Positions 43,590 to 53,154 of a stretch of 64,000 nucleotides of DNA are shown here, piece after piece (the first letter of the stretch is position 1; each line of letters opens with the position of its first letter). The stretch is from assembly GCA_009859145.1 (NCBI GenBank), contig VRVR01000059.1, positions 3,145-67,144 of the forward strand. Reading direction: 5' to 3'. Under the pieces are notes generated by a model that was not told the DNA's origin, ran no database searches, and saw nothing but the letters and a program-made list of their open reading frames with translations. The stretch is from Andalucia godoyi And28 (Eukaryota > Protista > Jakobida). Position numbers and translations under genes: made by a program.

Positions 43590-43968
43590 GCCCCTTCTTT
43601 CCAGAAACGAAGTCGTGTGCCATGTTGTTGTAACCAATTAAAAAGAAACCAACTGTACGTGTCTTTTTTAAAAAACGGGGCTTGCTGTCGAAAGCACTCC
43701 AAGCATCAAGTGATGACTGCAAAAAAAAAAAAACCCGCAACGACCACATTTGGCACTGTAGCTGCGGCGTATGCATTTTTCTTTATTACCGTTCTCTTGC
43801 TCTGGGTTGTTGTTGCTGTTATAAGAGCAATTCATTATAATTGATTTGATTTGTTGAATTTAATTCTTTTTTATTGAGTGATACATTACGTCGCATCGTT
43901 TATTTGGTAGTTCTATCTGTTCGTGCAAGGAATTCAAAAAAGAGTTGCGTGGGTGCGTGTGTAAGTGG

Positions 43969-46950
43969 ATGGACGTGGTGTCTTCGGAGCTGTGTTCGAT
44001 TGCGTGTCCGGTGTGTCTGGACCCGCTGAATGCAACGGACAAGCGGCCGATAGTGTGCGCAAACTGCCGGTCGAATGTATGCGAGGGATGTTTTTTGTCG
44101 ATGCAAACGAAGAGCATCACTACGAACGTTACGTGTCCGTTTTGCCGGGCTCTTTATCCGTGCGGGCCGCTCCGCACGAACATTGGCATGCTGGATGCGC
44201 TGTCTCGGCTCAAGAGCGTAGAGGAAGGGGGGATGGAAGTGCGGCGAGAACACCTCGCTGTGTCGCTGCAGCGGAAATGCACATCCTGCGCAGATCTGAC
44301 GTGGGAAGCGACGCTGCTGGGACAACCAGTGCTGTTCAGAGAACATCTGGGCTCCGCGAATGAACGCACGGTGGCGAGATTGCGTAGAGAAGCTGCGGTG
44401 CTGTGTGCGCTTGGAGGCTGTCCGTTGGTTCTGCGATGCTATGGGTACTGCGACCGAGGAAATGGCTCGTGCGGCCTCGTGATGCAGCACTATGCGACAG
44501 ACCTGCAGACGGTACTTGACGATCCACGCGTCGTCATGTCAGGGGCAGAAATGGCGAGCATTGCAAGAAACATTGCTGTTGCATTGCAGTTTGTTCATGA
44601 GAAGGGAATGGTCCATGGAGACTTGAAGCCGTCGAATGTGTGCTTCGCGGAAGACGCATCCAGCTCAGCAGGGCTCGCGCATGCGCTCGTGGACGGACTT
44701 GGAGCAAATAGCAATGTCGCGCTTCTTGCGGCGCACGCTAGTTCGTTTGGGGCATTTGTCGCCCCGGAGTTGGTGTCGGGCACTCCGCTGCTCGTGCAGG
44801 CGCCAACAGCAGCTTCAGACATGTTTGCGTTTGGTGTTCTGCTCTGGATGATGATGTTCCGCGGATCCGAATTGTACGGAGACTTCCTGCACACTCCACC
44901 AGCCGTCATTGGCATGAGATACGTGCAGGGAATTTTCTTGCCATTTCCAGAGAACGCATCGCCACTTTTTGAACGGCTCTTTGTGCTCGACCCGTTTGCA
45001 AGGATGTCTGCTTCCGATGCCTTGTGCGTTCTGGATGCGCTGCCACCGTCATTCTGGAATTTTGCTGCCAATTCTCTCACTTCGAATGCGGGTAACAAAT
45101 CTTCTACTACAGCCACTGGTGCTGCTGCTGCTACTGCTGCTACGACGACTACTACTACTCCTCCTCCTCTTCATCATCATCACCATCATCATGGCGAGCG
45201 CGTGGGCCCGGTCTCAAACATCAGTCACAGGAGAGTTCATTCTATGCTGAGTTCCCCGACTTCTGGAGATCCTCTGGCGCCTCTTTCTGGTACCAGCACG
45301 AATACGAGAAGAACTGTCCGAGCTTCCTCGGCTGCTGCCTCGCGGTCCGACAATATGAGTGCTGCATCGGTTGCGGCTGCGTCTTTGCGCGTGAGCAGCA
45401 GCATCGCAGCAGATCTCCGCGTGAATTCGCAGCACAACGTCATCATGTCGCAGATGGAGGATCGATTGTCCTCAATTACGAATCTGCAGCAACTCCGTAA
45501 CATGTATCCAGGCCAGCCGTTCACGGAAATTTCTTCGTACCTCCCAGAAACCCACATCACCCAGCTGGATCTTGCATCCAACAGAGTGGGCGTTGACGGG
45601 GCCCGTGCACTGTCTGCAGTGCTGCCGCACACTCAAATTACCCAGCTGAATCTATCACTTTCAGGAATCGGAAAGGACGGGACCCGGGCGCTATCGGCTG
45701 TTCTGCCTCGTACACACATAACCCAACTCAACCTTTCGTGGGCTGGGATCGGCGCAGAGGGTGCCAGGGCTCTCTGTGCCGTGCTTCCGCAAACTCAAAT
45801 CACGGAGCTGAATCTCGAGCGAAATGAAATCGGCCCGGAAGGAACCCAGATGCTTTGCTCTGTGCTTCCGCAGACCAACATTGTCCAGCTGAGTCTGTGG
45901 CTGAATAAGATCGGTTGCAAGGGTGTCCGTGCGCTGTCGGCGGTCTTGCCAGATACAAGGATTACAGAGCTGAACTTGGAGTCCAATGAAATTGGCGGGG
46001 CCGGAGCCCTTGCTCTTTCCGCCGTGCTGCCGGCCACTCGCATCACAAAGCTTAATTTGGAGCTGAACAAGATTGGAAGCCGGGGAACCAGGGCACTGTG
46101 TGCTGTCTTGCCCCAAACCCAGATGGTGTTGCTGAATCTTGGTTCTAACGGGATCGGCTATGACGGAAGCCGAGCTCTCTCCTCTGTTTTGCCGCAGACG
46201 CTGATCACCCAGATCAATTTAGAATGCAACAAGATCGGAGACGACGGTGCGCGTGCTCTCTCTGCCATTTTGCGACACACCCAGATCACATCTCTCAATC
46301 TCGGAAACAACGGCATCACTGAGGACGGCATTTCCTTTTTGGCTTCCGTCCTCTCTCAGACACACATAACGCACCTGAACTTGTGGCAGAACAGGATTGG
46401 ATCCGAAGGACTTCGCAATTTGTCCAATGTGCTGTCCACTACACACATTGACCACCTGAACCTTGAATCCAATCGAATCGGCGATGCGGGCGTCGCAACT
46501 CTGTCTGCCGTTCTTCCGCAGACAAAGCTCGTTCATCTGAACTTGGAATCGAATAACATTGGCGATGTTGGAGCTTTTGCCTTGTGCACTGTTCTCGCAG
46601 AGACGTCAGTGACCCATCTCAACCTTGAGAGCAACGTGATTGGAAGCGAAGGTGCGTGCAAACTTGCCGAGCTCCTTCCTCGATCGCGCATCACCGATCT
46701 CAATCTGCAGTCCAACAGAATCGGAGAAATCGGGATCCAGGCGCTCCGCGCATGCGCTCCACAAACTCGTCTCACGGTTCTTCGGCTGCGTTGGAACTAT
46801 GACAACGCAAGCCGACGAACTATCTACCTCGGCCACAAAATCTCTGTATTGTTTCTCGTGGCTTCGCTCTGCATCTTGTACATTGTCATCTTGTTTGCAA
46901 ACCGCGACCATTGGTTTGCTCCATCATCATTGGTGGTCCATGATTTGTAA
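43969..46950 (+). CDS. RING finger - protein kinase-like - ~15 LRR (27 aa) - C-terminal TM protein
   Basis: CPVC...C..CRSNVCEGC...CPFC; VHGDLKPSN, APE, SDMFAFG; T(H/Q)IT.LNL..N.IG..GA.ALSAVLP repeats; ISVLFLVASLCILYIVILFA. Confidence 0.88.
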   Translation: MDVVSSELCSIACPVCLDPLNATDKRPIVCANCRSNVCEGCFLSMQTKSITTNVTCPFCRALYPCGPLRTNIGMLDALSRLKSVEEGGMEVRREHLAVSLQRKCTSCADLTWEATLLGQPVLFREHLGSANERTVARLRREAAVLCALGGCPLVLRCYGYCDRGNGSCGLVMQHYATDLQTVLDDPRVVMSGAEMASIARNIAVALQFVHEKGMVHGDLKPSNVCFAEDASSSAGLAHALVDGLGANSNVALLAAHASSFGAFVAPELVSGTPLLVQAPTAASDMFAFGVLLWMMMFRGSELYGDFLHTPPAVIGMRYVQGIFLPFPENASPLFERLFVLDPFARMSASDALCVLDALPPSFWNFAANSLTSNAGNKSSTTATGAAAATAATTTTTTPPPLHHHHHHHGERVGPVSNISHRRVHSMLSSPTSGDPLAPLSGTSTNTRRTVRASSAAASRSDNMSAASVAAASLRVSSSIAADLRVNSQHNVIMSQMEDRLSSITNLQQLRNMYPGQPFTEISSYLPETHITQLDLASNRVGVDGARALSAVLPHTQITQLNLSLSGIGKDGTRALSAVLPRTHITQLNLSWAGIGAEGARALCAVLPQTQITELNLERNEIGPEGTQMLCSVLPQTNIVQLSLWLNKIGCKGVRALSAVLPDTRITELNLESNEIGGAGALALSAVLPATRITKLNLELNKIGSRGTRALCAVLPQTQMVLLNLGSNGIGYDGSRALSSVLPQTLITQINLECNKIGDDGARALSAILRHTQITSLNLGNNGITEDGISFLASVLSQTHITHLNLWQNRIGSEGLRNLSNVLSTTHIDHLNLESNRIGDAGVATLSAVLPQTKLVHLNLESNNIGDVGAFALCTVLAETSVTHLNLESNVIGSEGACKLAELLPRSRITDLNLQSNRIGEIGIQALRACAPQTRLTVLRLRWNYDNASRRTIYLGHKISVLFLVASLCILYIVILFANRDHWFAPSSLVVHDL

Positions 46951-47095
46951 ACCAGATATTTCTTTTGCATTTTGCCTTTCTCATGGTGTCTCCGAGTATC
47001 GTCCTCTCTCCACAGGCCGAGCCAATCACCAACCCGCACCGCCTTTTTGTTTTTGTTTTTTATTGTTATTTTATTTTTTTGGTATCTCCTGAGCA

Positions 47096-47546
47096 CCGTT
47101 GAATAATAACACGTCATTGGCATGCATACGGAAGTATACATAAACAGACACGGTCGATGCCGGCCGACACTAGCACGTTGCTGTGACACAGGAATTCGTG
47201 ATACAGGGCCTCCTAGGTCCCGCAGACCTCCTAAGAGACCGCGTGTCACTACCCCTACCGCATCTTCCTCTCGTATCTCCAGTTGCATCAATCGCTGCAA
47301 CTGAGGACACGAAAGCGCCTGCTGCTAGGGCTGTCAGAATCAAAATGCACCCTTCTCAGGAACCACGTGCCACACTGAGAAAGTGGCTCACAGATTGATC
47401 GAGATTGGGGACGGAGCGCGGAGCATCTATCTGAAGAGCGCCGTGATGCGTGTTGGGGCCTATCCTCTTCCCGGCAACGGGATGCAAGATTGAATATGCA
47501 TGTCTATTCGTAGACATGCAGCATGTTCAGTGTATAGTGTAGGCGT
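47096..47546 (+). mobile_element. Non-autonomous IS607/Fanzor2 (eukaryotic TnpB)-derived element, copy 1
   Basis: Homologous to 52594-53154. Encodes ARAVRIKMHPSQEPRATLRKW (OrfB HTH) joined directly to IDRD/GARSIYLK (RuvC-III), followed by a hairpin-rich right end. Confidence 0.85.
47455..47546 (+). ncRNA. Putative Fanzor omegaRNA scaffold (3' part), copy 1
   Basis: TCCCG-GCAA-CGGGA hairpin; TGCATGTCTA-TTCG-TAGACATGCA stem extended by TGAATA/TGTTCA; GCCTAT can pair with the terminal GTAGGC. The 5' limit is uncertain. Confidence 0.6.
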
Positions 47547-47758
47547 TCGATTGACATGTCGTCAGTCTGCCTCAGCAGAGGATATGGGAACGCCCGATTC
47601 TTTACGAAGCTATTTTAGTGGGGAAAAAAGACGAGGAGGGAAGAGGAAGGAATTAACGTTCGAAAGGGAAAGAGAAAACGAGATACAAGCAAGGGCAGCG
47701 AAGCATATGAAGATCTCCAACCGCCCGCCCCCCCCCCCCCCCCCCCCCGATGCAGAAA

Positions 47759-50700
47759 CTAGGGATCCGAAGACAGACGAAGCAAGCGAATACCACGTTG
47801 TGTTCCGGAATGACGGGCTTCGTTTTGCGATCGGGTGTCGAGTGCAAGGGAGATCTGGTCTCGTTCGGCGCTGATGGCGGTGGAATCGTCGATCGATTCA
47901 GCAGCACCCGGAGGCGCCGTGGGGCCAGAGCTGCTGCTGCTCATGCCGGCGACAGTAGAACGAAATGCAACGCGAATGGTCCCGCTGAAGTCAATGGAGC
48001 GGATCTGCCCGGCACCCTTTGATCCTTCATTCGAAACCGTCACCACATCTGCTCGACGAAATACGGAGAATCCTCGAAGAATCAACGTAAGAACGGTCAG
48101 CACCGCTTCATCGACCTGCGAAAGGAAGTGGTACAGAATGACCGACAGCGAACTTTGGGAATGATTCAGCGGACGCCAGCGAGTGCATTCCAGTGCCGTC
48201 AGGACAACCGCAGTCGACAGCGACAGCTTCGTAATCGGCATTGAGGCGGATGAGTTCTGCTGCTCGGTCTGAGCGACTGCCGGTCCATGTTCCTTGACGA
48301 CCACGGCGCGCAGAGCGTCAAAGAATGAGTTCAGCGGAACGGACAAGTCGAATATCAGCATTTGTAGAAAGTTAATTGTGACGGTATCCGGACGAACCTC
48401 CTGCTCCGAACCAACGAACCGGTCCCACAACGAGTCCACGTATGACCTCGTTTGGCTGGACAAGCAGTGCAAGATCTTCGTAGCCTCCTCAACGGCAGCG
48501 CGAGAATCCACGGGCTCATCACGAATGAAAACGCGTTCACCAAATGCAGCCGGACCACGGCCGCGAGTTGCGTCGCCCGTGTTGGATTCGGCAGTTGCGG
48601 GCTCCATGTATTCGTCGGAATCAGAAGAGTCGTCGCCGGCTGGAGAGTAGTGGGGTGAGGCAGGAGAAACAGAAGCCGCAGGAGAGACGCCGAGTGCCAA
48701 GGAATCACGCCCAAATACTTTGGAGCCAGACGCAGATGGCGAGGATGCATAAAAGAACGACGGTGCACCAGCGGTTGGTAAGACTACGCGATCCGTGCTG
48801 AATGAACGAACTGCGGATAGAATCCAGTGATAGACTTCCACAAGCGTCATTGACGCCTGCGGAACGGCCAGGTTCTTTTTCAACAAGGATAGCAACACGC
48901 TTCCTCGCAGGGAAGAAGAATTGTGCAAGCCTCCTGCATTTGCAAATGCATCGGAGGCGGACTCGTCGAAAAAAGGATCCTCCACCAGACAAATCACCTG
49001 GTCGCCGTCCACTTCGCATTGCATGCGAATCACAGCCTCAATCTCGTCGTTCGTGAGATCCAGCACGCCGATGCGGTCTTGCGTTGTCGTCTTGATTTGA
49101 GACACGAGAGTCGCAATGGAGATTCCACCGGAGCTCACCAGTTCGGCGTCAGTCCGCGCATGCTGATGCATCAAGTCGACCATCGTCTTTGTTAGTGTTT
49201 CCTGCCGCCGTTCCCAACTCTCCACAATGTCGAGCCAGCTATACGAGTCCACCCCAGTTTCCGGTTCTACGTTCCTGTTTGCGTTCGATTCCCTCCCAGA
49301 TTTGGGGCTCCCTGATCGATTCGTTACTTCTTGCATGGACGATGCAAAATACCAGCGCATGTCGGACCACTTGGTAATCCGAGACTTGCTGTCGAACTCG
49401 CGAAACAGGACGTCATTGATGACCGATCGCAAGTCGGTGATCGAAGATACATGGCGTAGCAGCTCCGGACTAATGTCTCCTCTGTCCATCTTGTGAAGCA
49501 AGAACCCTCGATATTCCTGCAGCGCATTGGGAATATCTTTGATGCGCTCCAGCATTGCGTGAATCCGTTCTGAATTTCCAACACGCTTCAAAACATCCAC
49601 CTCCCTTCCAACTGAAAAGCGAGACGGCGATCGCAAAAAATCACGAGCCAGGAAACATGCGTATATGTACTCAAACCCATTCGGCAATTCTAGCTGCTGC
49701 AGCAGTGCCAAGTCTTCTTCGTCCTTGCGCTTCTCCAAAATCTGCGCGACAAGTCGAAGCTGTTTTGCTTCGTCCAGACGCGAGAATGCACTCTGGAAGG
49801 CCTGCGGTACAAGTGATGACAGCGCAGGAGTGCAGATTCGAATACCGTTGGACACTGTGCGATACTTTGAGAACACGTCTACTCGCGAACTGACCAACAC
49901 CGAAGCATCGTCCTTCATGGAGCGCATAAACGACGCAACCAGGAATGAGACGAATTCATTCAAGAGCACGTGGTCCAACTTCAAGCGCTTGAGCAAGAGT
50001 CGCAGATCTGCAAACTTTGGAGCGCAGAATTCCTGCAAGGTTTCGCAAGAGCAAAATTCACGAACTTGCGCCAGAAGCTTGTCATTGTATGACCACTCTG
50101 ACACCATAGCTGTTTCTGCAGTCTTCACAATCGTGTCCGAAATGGAACGCGAAAACGTTAGCGGGGAGCAGCAGAATGCCGTGATCCACGCAAGCGCTCG
50201 TTCGATGGACTGAATAGAAATCGAAGATGACTGGAACAGCCTGTGCCAGAGGAACATCCGGCGCTTGAACGGTTCAACGAGATACGTTACCGACAGAAAG
50301 GAAGACGAAAAGCGAAGGACTTTAACGAACCTCGAAAACAGGGCAATAACAGCGTCGCGGTTCAGGCCCTCTCGAGTGCATGCATGCCCGTGCGATGAGC
50401 CGGAAAGGTCAATGCAATGGATGGCATCGATCATCTGGTACAAGTCATCGGCAATCCGCTGCATGAAAGAAATGCACACTCGCTTCAGTTCTGTGACGTA
50501 AATTTCGCCTTGGTCAGCCCTATCCTTTGCTGCGCTTATCATTTGCGGAAGGGAGGCAAACCCGGGAGATGCTGGGTTCACGCTGGGCGATATGCTGGAA
50601 GATGCCTCAGGTGCATTGCTTGACGATGCACCAGTGCTGTTGCTGACGTTGGCCGATCCAGCACCAATGGACCCGGATGCGGAAGCCTGTGCAGAGGAGC

Positions 50701-52243
50701 TTCCTGCTGCTGCTGCGCTGAATGGAGCAGACGTGGGCGGCAACTCGCGTTCCGTAAAGTCAGAAAACAGCAATCCACGATCATGCACTTCCACTTCGAT
50801 GTTGTCTGCGTCGATGCGCAGCTTTCGTGCATTGCTTTCCAAAAGGGCAACGACTCGTTCCAGAAATTCGAATCTTGCATGCAGAGACCCGCCATCTGCG
50901 GAAAACGCCTGAAAGTACAGCCCAACGAGGGGCAAGAATCCGTCCAGAAGGTACAGCAGCACTTCAAACTCGCTCGCTTCCGCGAGAAAATCGTCGGATC
51001 TCGGCGGGTAGTAGCCGCGCAAGATCTTTTCAAACAGACGAAGAGACTCCACCGTGCGGAGAGAAAGAATTGAGAGCGAGCGAGCATCGCGAACGGAGAG
51101 GTTGGAGAGCAAGTCGACTGCAATCGCGCGCATTTCAGGAGTATCTGAATTCTGAAGCATGGCGACCAACGACGGCACAAGACCCGATTCCATGAGCAGC
51201 CCTGACGCTCTGTGGGGAATTCCTTCGAGATACACGTTCAGATTTCTCAAAACCGGCGCAACAGTCGGGGTGAAGGGGGTGTAGTTCTTGAGTAATCCAA
51301 TGAGCGCAAGCGCAAAGTGCTCGCGTTGTCCCGACACTTCAGACCTGATCTCAGCCCACGGAGCGAGCATGGACTTGACCGCGATCTTGGAAGCCATCGA
51401 ACCTGCGGACGGTCCCACAATCGACGCACTGCCCGCGGCAACGGTGTCATCCCCTGGAGCCGCCTGCTTCACCGCGTCTGGAACCGCATTGGCGGCAGCT
51501 TCGTTGGGAAGCACGGGGACGGGAACGACCGCTGACTTGACTTGCTGCTCCTTGATGATGGAGTTCACATCGAATTGGTCCATACGGAGCCAAGCATGCA
51601 CCACAGAGTCTCCTACAGGACACACAACATGTCGAAGGTCCGGGAAGTCTGGATCGCCCAGTACTTCCACACACTCGGAAACTGCAAACGAGCCTGGGCT
51701 GCACAGGTCTTCCGCAGAGAATGATGATCTCGGCGTGTAGATCCTCAGTTGCCGAACCCGAGTGTTGATTCCAGAGGGAGTGAGCAAGATGCGAATGTCC
51801 TTGCACCGAACTGGCTTCTTGCGCAGGTCAATCGTTCCCCAGGCGAGATCGGGCGGCAGATCAGAGGACGGATTCGCTTTCCAGATTCTCTGGTACTTTT
51901 GCGCGCGTGTCTGATAGACGGTCTTCCATTCTTGTGAAGCGGACATGCGCACCTGGATGCTGATTTCCTGAGGAACATACGAGGATTCCGAAGACTCTGC
52001 AACGCAGATTTGCACAATCGAGAGATTGATGGTCGTGGGGAACTCGGCAATGATGTGGTGTGGCTTGCTGGATGAGCTGGACTCCCAGACAGTTGCGTGA
52101 TTCAGATCATGAAAAACGCTTTTCTTCAAAGACCCAGAAGAAACAGAGTACACCGGTGTGGAGCTGACGTCTTTCAGCATCGTCACGCGATCTGGAAGAC
52201 ACGAGGCTTCGAACACCGACTCCGGGCGTCTGATGCTCGACAT
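47759..52243 (-). CDS. DOC/APC10-domain, helical-repeat and cullin-like protein (~1494 aa)
   Basis: TVWESSSSSKPHHIIAEF...SYVPQEISIQV...TRVRQLRIY (DOC); LELPNGFEYIYACFLARDFL (cullin-like). Start MSSIRRPES at 52243. Confidence 0.75.
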   Translation of the reverse strand: MSSIRRPESVFEASCLPDRVTMLKDVSSTPVYSVSSGSLKKSVFHDLNHATVWESSSSSKPHHIIAEFPTTINLSIVQICVAESSESSYVPQEISIQVRMSASQEWKTVYQTRAQKYQRIWKANPSSDLPPDLAWGTIDLRKKPVRCKDIRILLTPSGINTRVRQLRIYTPRSSFSAEDLCSPGSFAVSECVEVLGDPDFPDLRHVVCPVGDSVVHAWLRMDQFDVNSIIKEQQVKSAVVPVPVLPNEAAANAVPDAVKQAAPGDDTVAAGSASIVGPSAGSMASKIAVKSMLAPWAEIRSEVSGQREHFALALIGLLKNYTPFTPTVAPVLRNLNVYLEGIPHRASGLLMESGLVPSLVAMLQNSDTPEMRAIAVDLLSNLSVRDARSLSILSLRTVESLRLFEKILRGYYPPRSDDFLAEASEFEVLLYLLDGFLPLVGLYFQAFSADGGSLHARFEFLERVVALLESNARKLRIDADNIEVEVHDRGLLFSDFTERELPPTSAPFSAAAAGSSSAQASASGSIGAGSANVSNSTGASSSNAPEASSSISPSVNPASPGFASLPQMISAAKDRADQGEIYVTELKRVCISFMQRIADDLYQMIDAIHCIDLSGSSHGHACTREGLNRDAVIALFSRFVKVLRFSSSFLSVTYLVEPFKRRMFLWHRLFQSSSISIQSIERALAWITAFCCSPLTFSRSISDTIVKTAETAMVSEWSYNDKLLAQVREFCSCETLQEFCAPKFADLRLLLKRLKLDHVLLNEFVSFLVASFMRSMKDDASVLVSSRVDVFSKYRTVSNGIRICTPALSSLVPQAFQSAFSRLDEAKQLRLVAQILEKRKDEEDLALLQQLELPNGFEYIYACFLARDFLRSPSRFSVGREVDVLKRVGNSERIHAMLERIKDIPNALQEYRGFLLHKMDRGDISPELLRHVSSITDLRSVINDVLFREFDSKSRITKWSDMRWYFASSMQEVTNRSGSPKSGRESNANRNVEPETGVDSYSWLDIVESWERRQETLTKTMVDLMHQHARTDAELVSSGGISIATLVSQIKTTTQDRIGVLDLTNDEIEAVIRMQCEVDGDQVICLVEDPFFDESASDAFANAGGLHNSSSLRGSVLLSLLKKNLAVPQASMTLVEVYHWILSAVRSFSTDRVVLPTAGAPSFFYASSPSASGSKVFGRDSLALGVSPAASVSPASPHYSPAGDDSSDSDEYMEPATAESNTGDATRGRGPAAFGERVFIRDEPVDSRAAVEEATKILHCLSSQTRSYVDSLWDRFVGSEQEVRPDTVTINFLQMLIFDLSVPLNSFFDALRAVVVKEHGPAVAQTEQQNSSASMPITKLSLSTAVVLTALECTRWRPLNHSQSSLSVILYHFLSQVDEAVLTVLTLILRGFSVFRRADVVTVSNEGSKGAGQIRSIDFSGTIRVAFRSTVAGMSSSSSGPTAPPGAAESIDDSTAISAERDQISLALDTRSQNEARHSGTQRGIRLLRLSSDP

Positions 52244-52593
52244 TTCTTTTTGGAGTTGGTGGGAAAGAAAAAAGAACAGCGTGTAAAATTCACGAAACGT
52301 TGCAAGGTTCTGACGCGAAAATGGATCTTCTCTTTGCGGATGATGACAACAGGGCAGAAAAGGGAGTGTGCGCTCTGTGGGTGTGGGTGTGCGTGTGTGT
52401 GGGTGTGTGTGGGGTGTGTATGGGGAGGCTCTGTTCATTATTTTGGAACATTCGAATGCAAGTTCGAGTGTTTTGGCAGTTGCACTTCCACTCGGAGGGT
52501 TCTTCATGACGCCAAAGAAACGTACGAGCAGATCCTGTCCAAGAGACGAAGAAAATGCACGACCACACACGCTCAAGGGGAGATTTTTGTGTC

Positions 52594-52685
52594 ACGCCTA
52601 CATGATACCCTGAACATGCATATCTACGAACAGACATGCATATTCAGTCTTGCATCCTGTTGCCGGTAAGGGGACAGGCCCCAAC
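52594..52685 (-). ncRNA. Putative Fanzor omegaRNA scaffold (3' part), copy 2
   Basis: TGAATATGCATGTCTG-TTCG-TAGATATGCATGTTCA, a 16-bp stem with three G.U pairs. Confidence 0.6.
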
Positions 52686-53154
52686 ACGCCTCACGGCGTT
52701 CTTCAGATAGATGCTCCGCGCTCCGTTCCCAATCTCGATCAAATCGGTGAGCCACTTTCTCAGCGTGACACGTTGTTCCTGAGAAGGGTGCAGTTTGATT
52801 CTGACGGCCCTAGCAGCAGACATAGTGACACGTGGTCTCTTAGGAGGTCTGCGGGACCTAGGAGGCCCTGTATCGAGCCGCGTAGGCGTAGGCGAATGCG
52901 AATGCGTCATCCCAGCGCACCCACGCCCATATTTGAATAAAAGAGTGAAACCAAAAAAAGTGATACCAACGAATGACAGAACAGATGGCTACGGATGCTG
53001 CGTTAAAGAGTGTCGAAAATGCGGAGCCTGTGTCACAGCTGAATTTTGGTCGAGCGTGCGTAAGCACGGATTCCCTGTGAAGCAAACGTGCTAGTGTCGG
53101 CCACTATTGATCGTGTCTGCTTATGCCTGACAATGACGTGTCATTATTCAACGG
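52594..53154 (-). mobile_element. Non-autonomous IS607/Fanzor2-derived element, copy 2
   Basis: ARAVRIKLHPSQEQRVTLRKW, then DRDW(+1 G)NGARSIYLKN, stop, and a 16-bp hairpin. Left end CCGTTGAATAATGACACGTCATTG is shared with copy 1. Confidence 0.85.

Noticed and set aside
45550-46800. Regular 81-bp periodicity resembling an array
   Set aside because: Coding LRR repeats, not CRISPR; there is no repeat-spacer structure.
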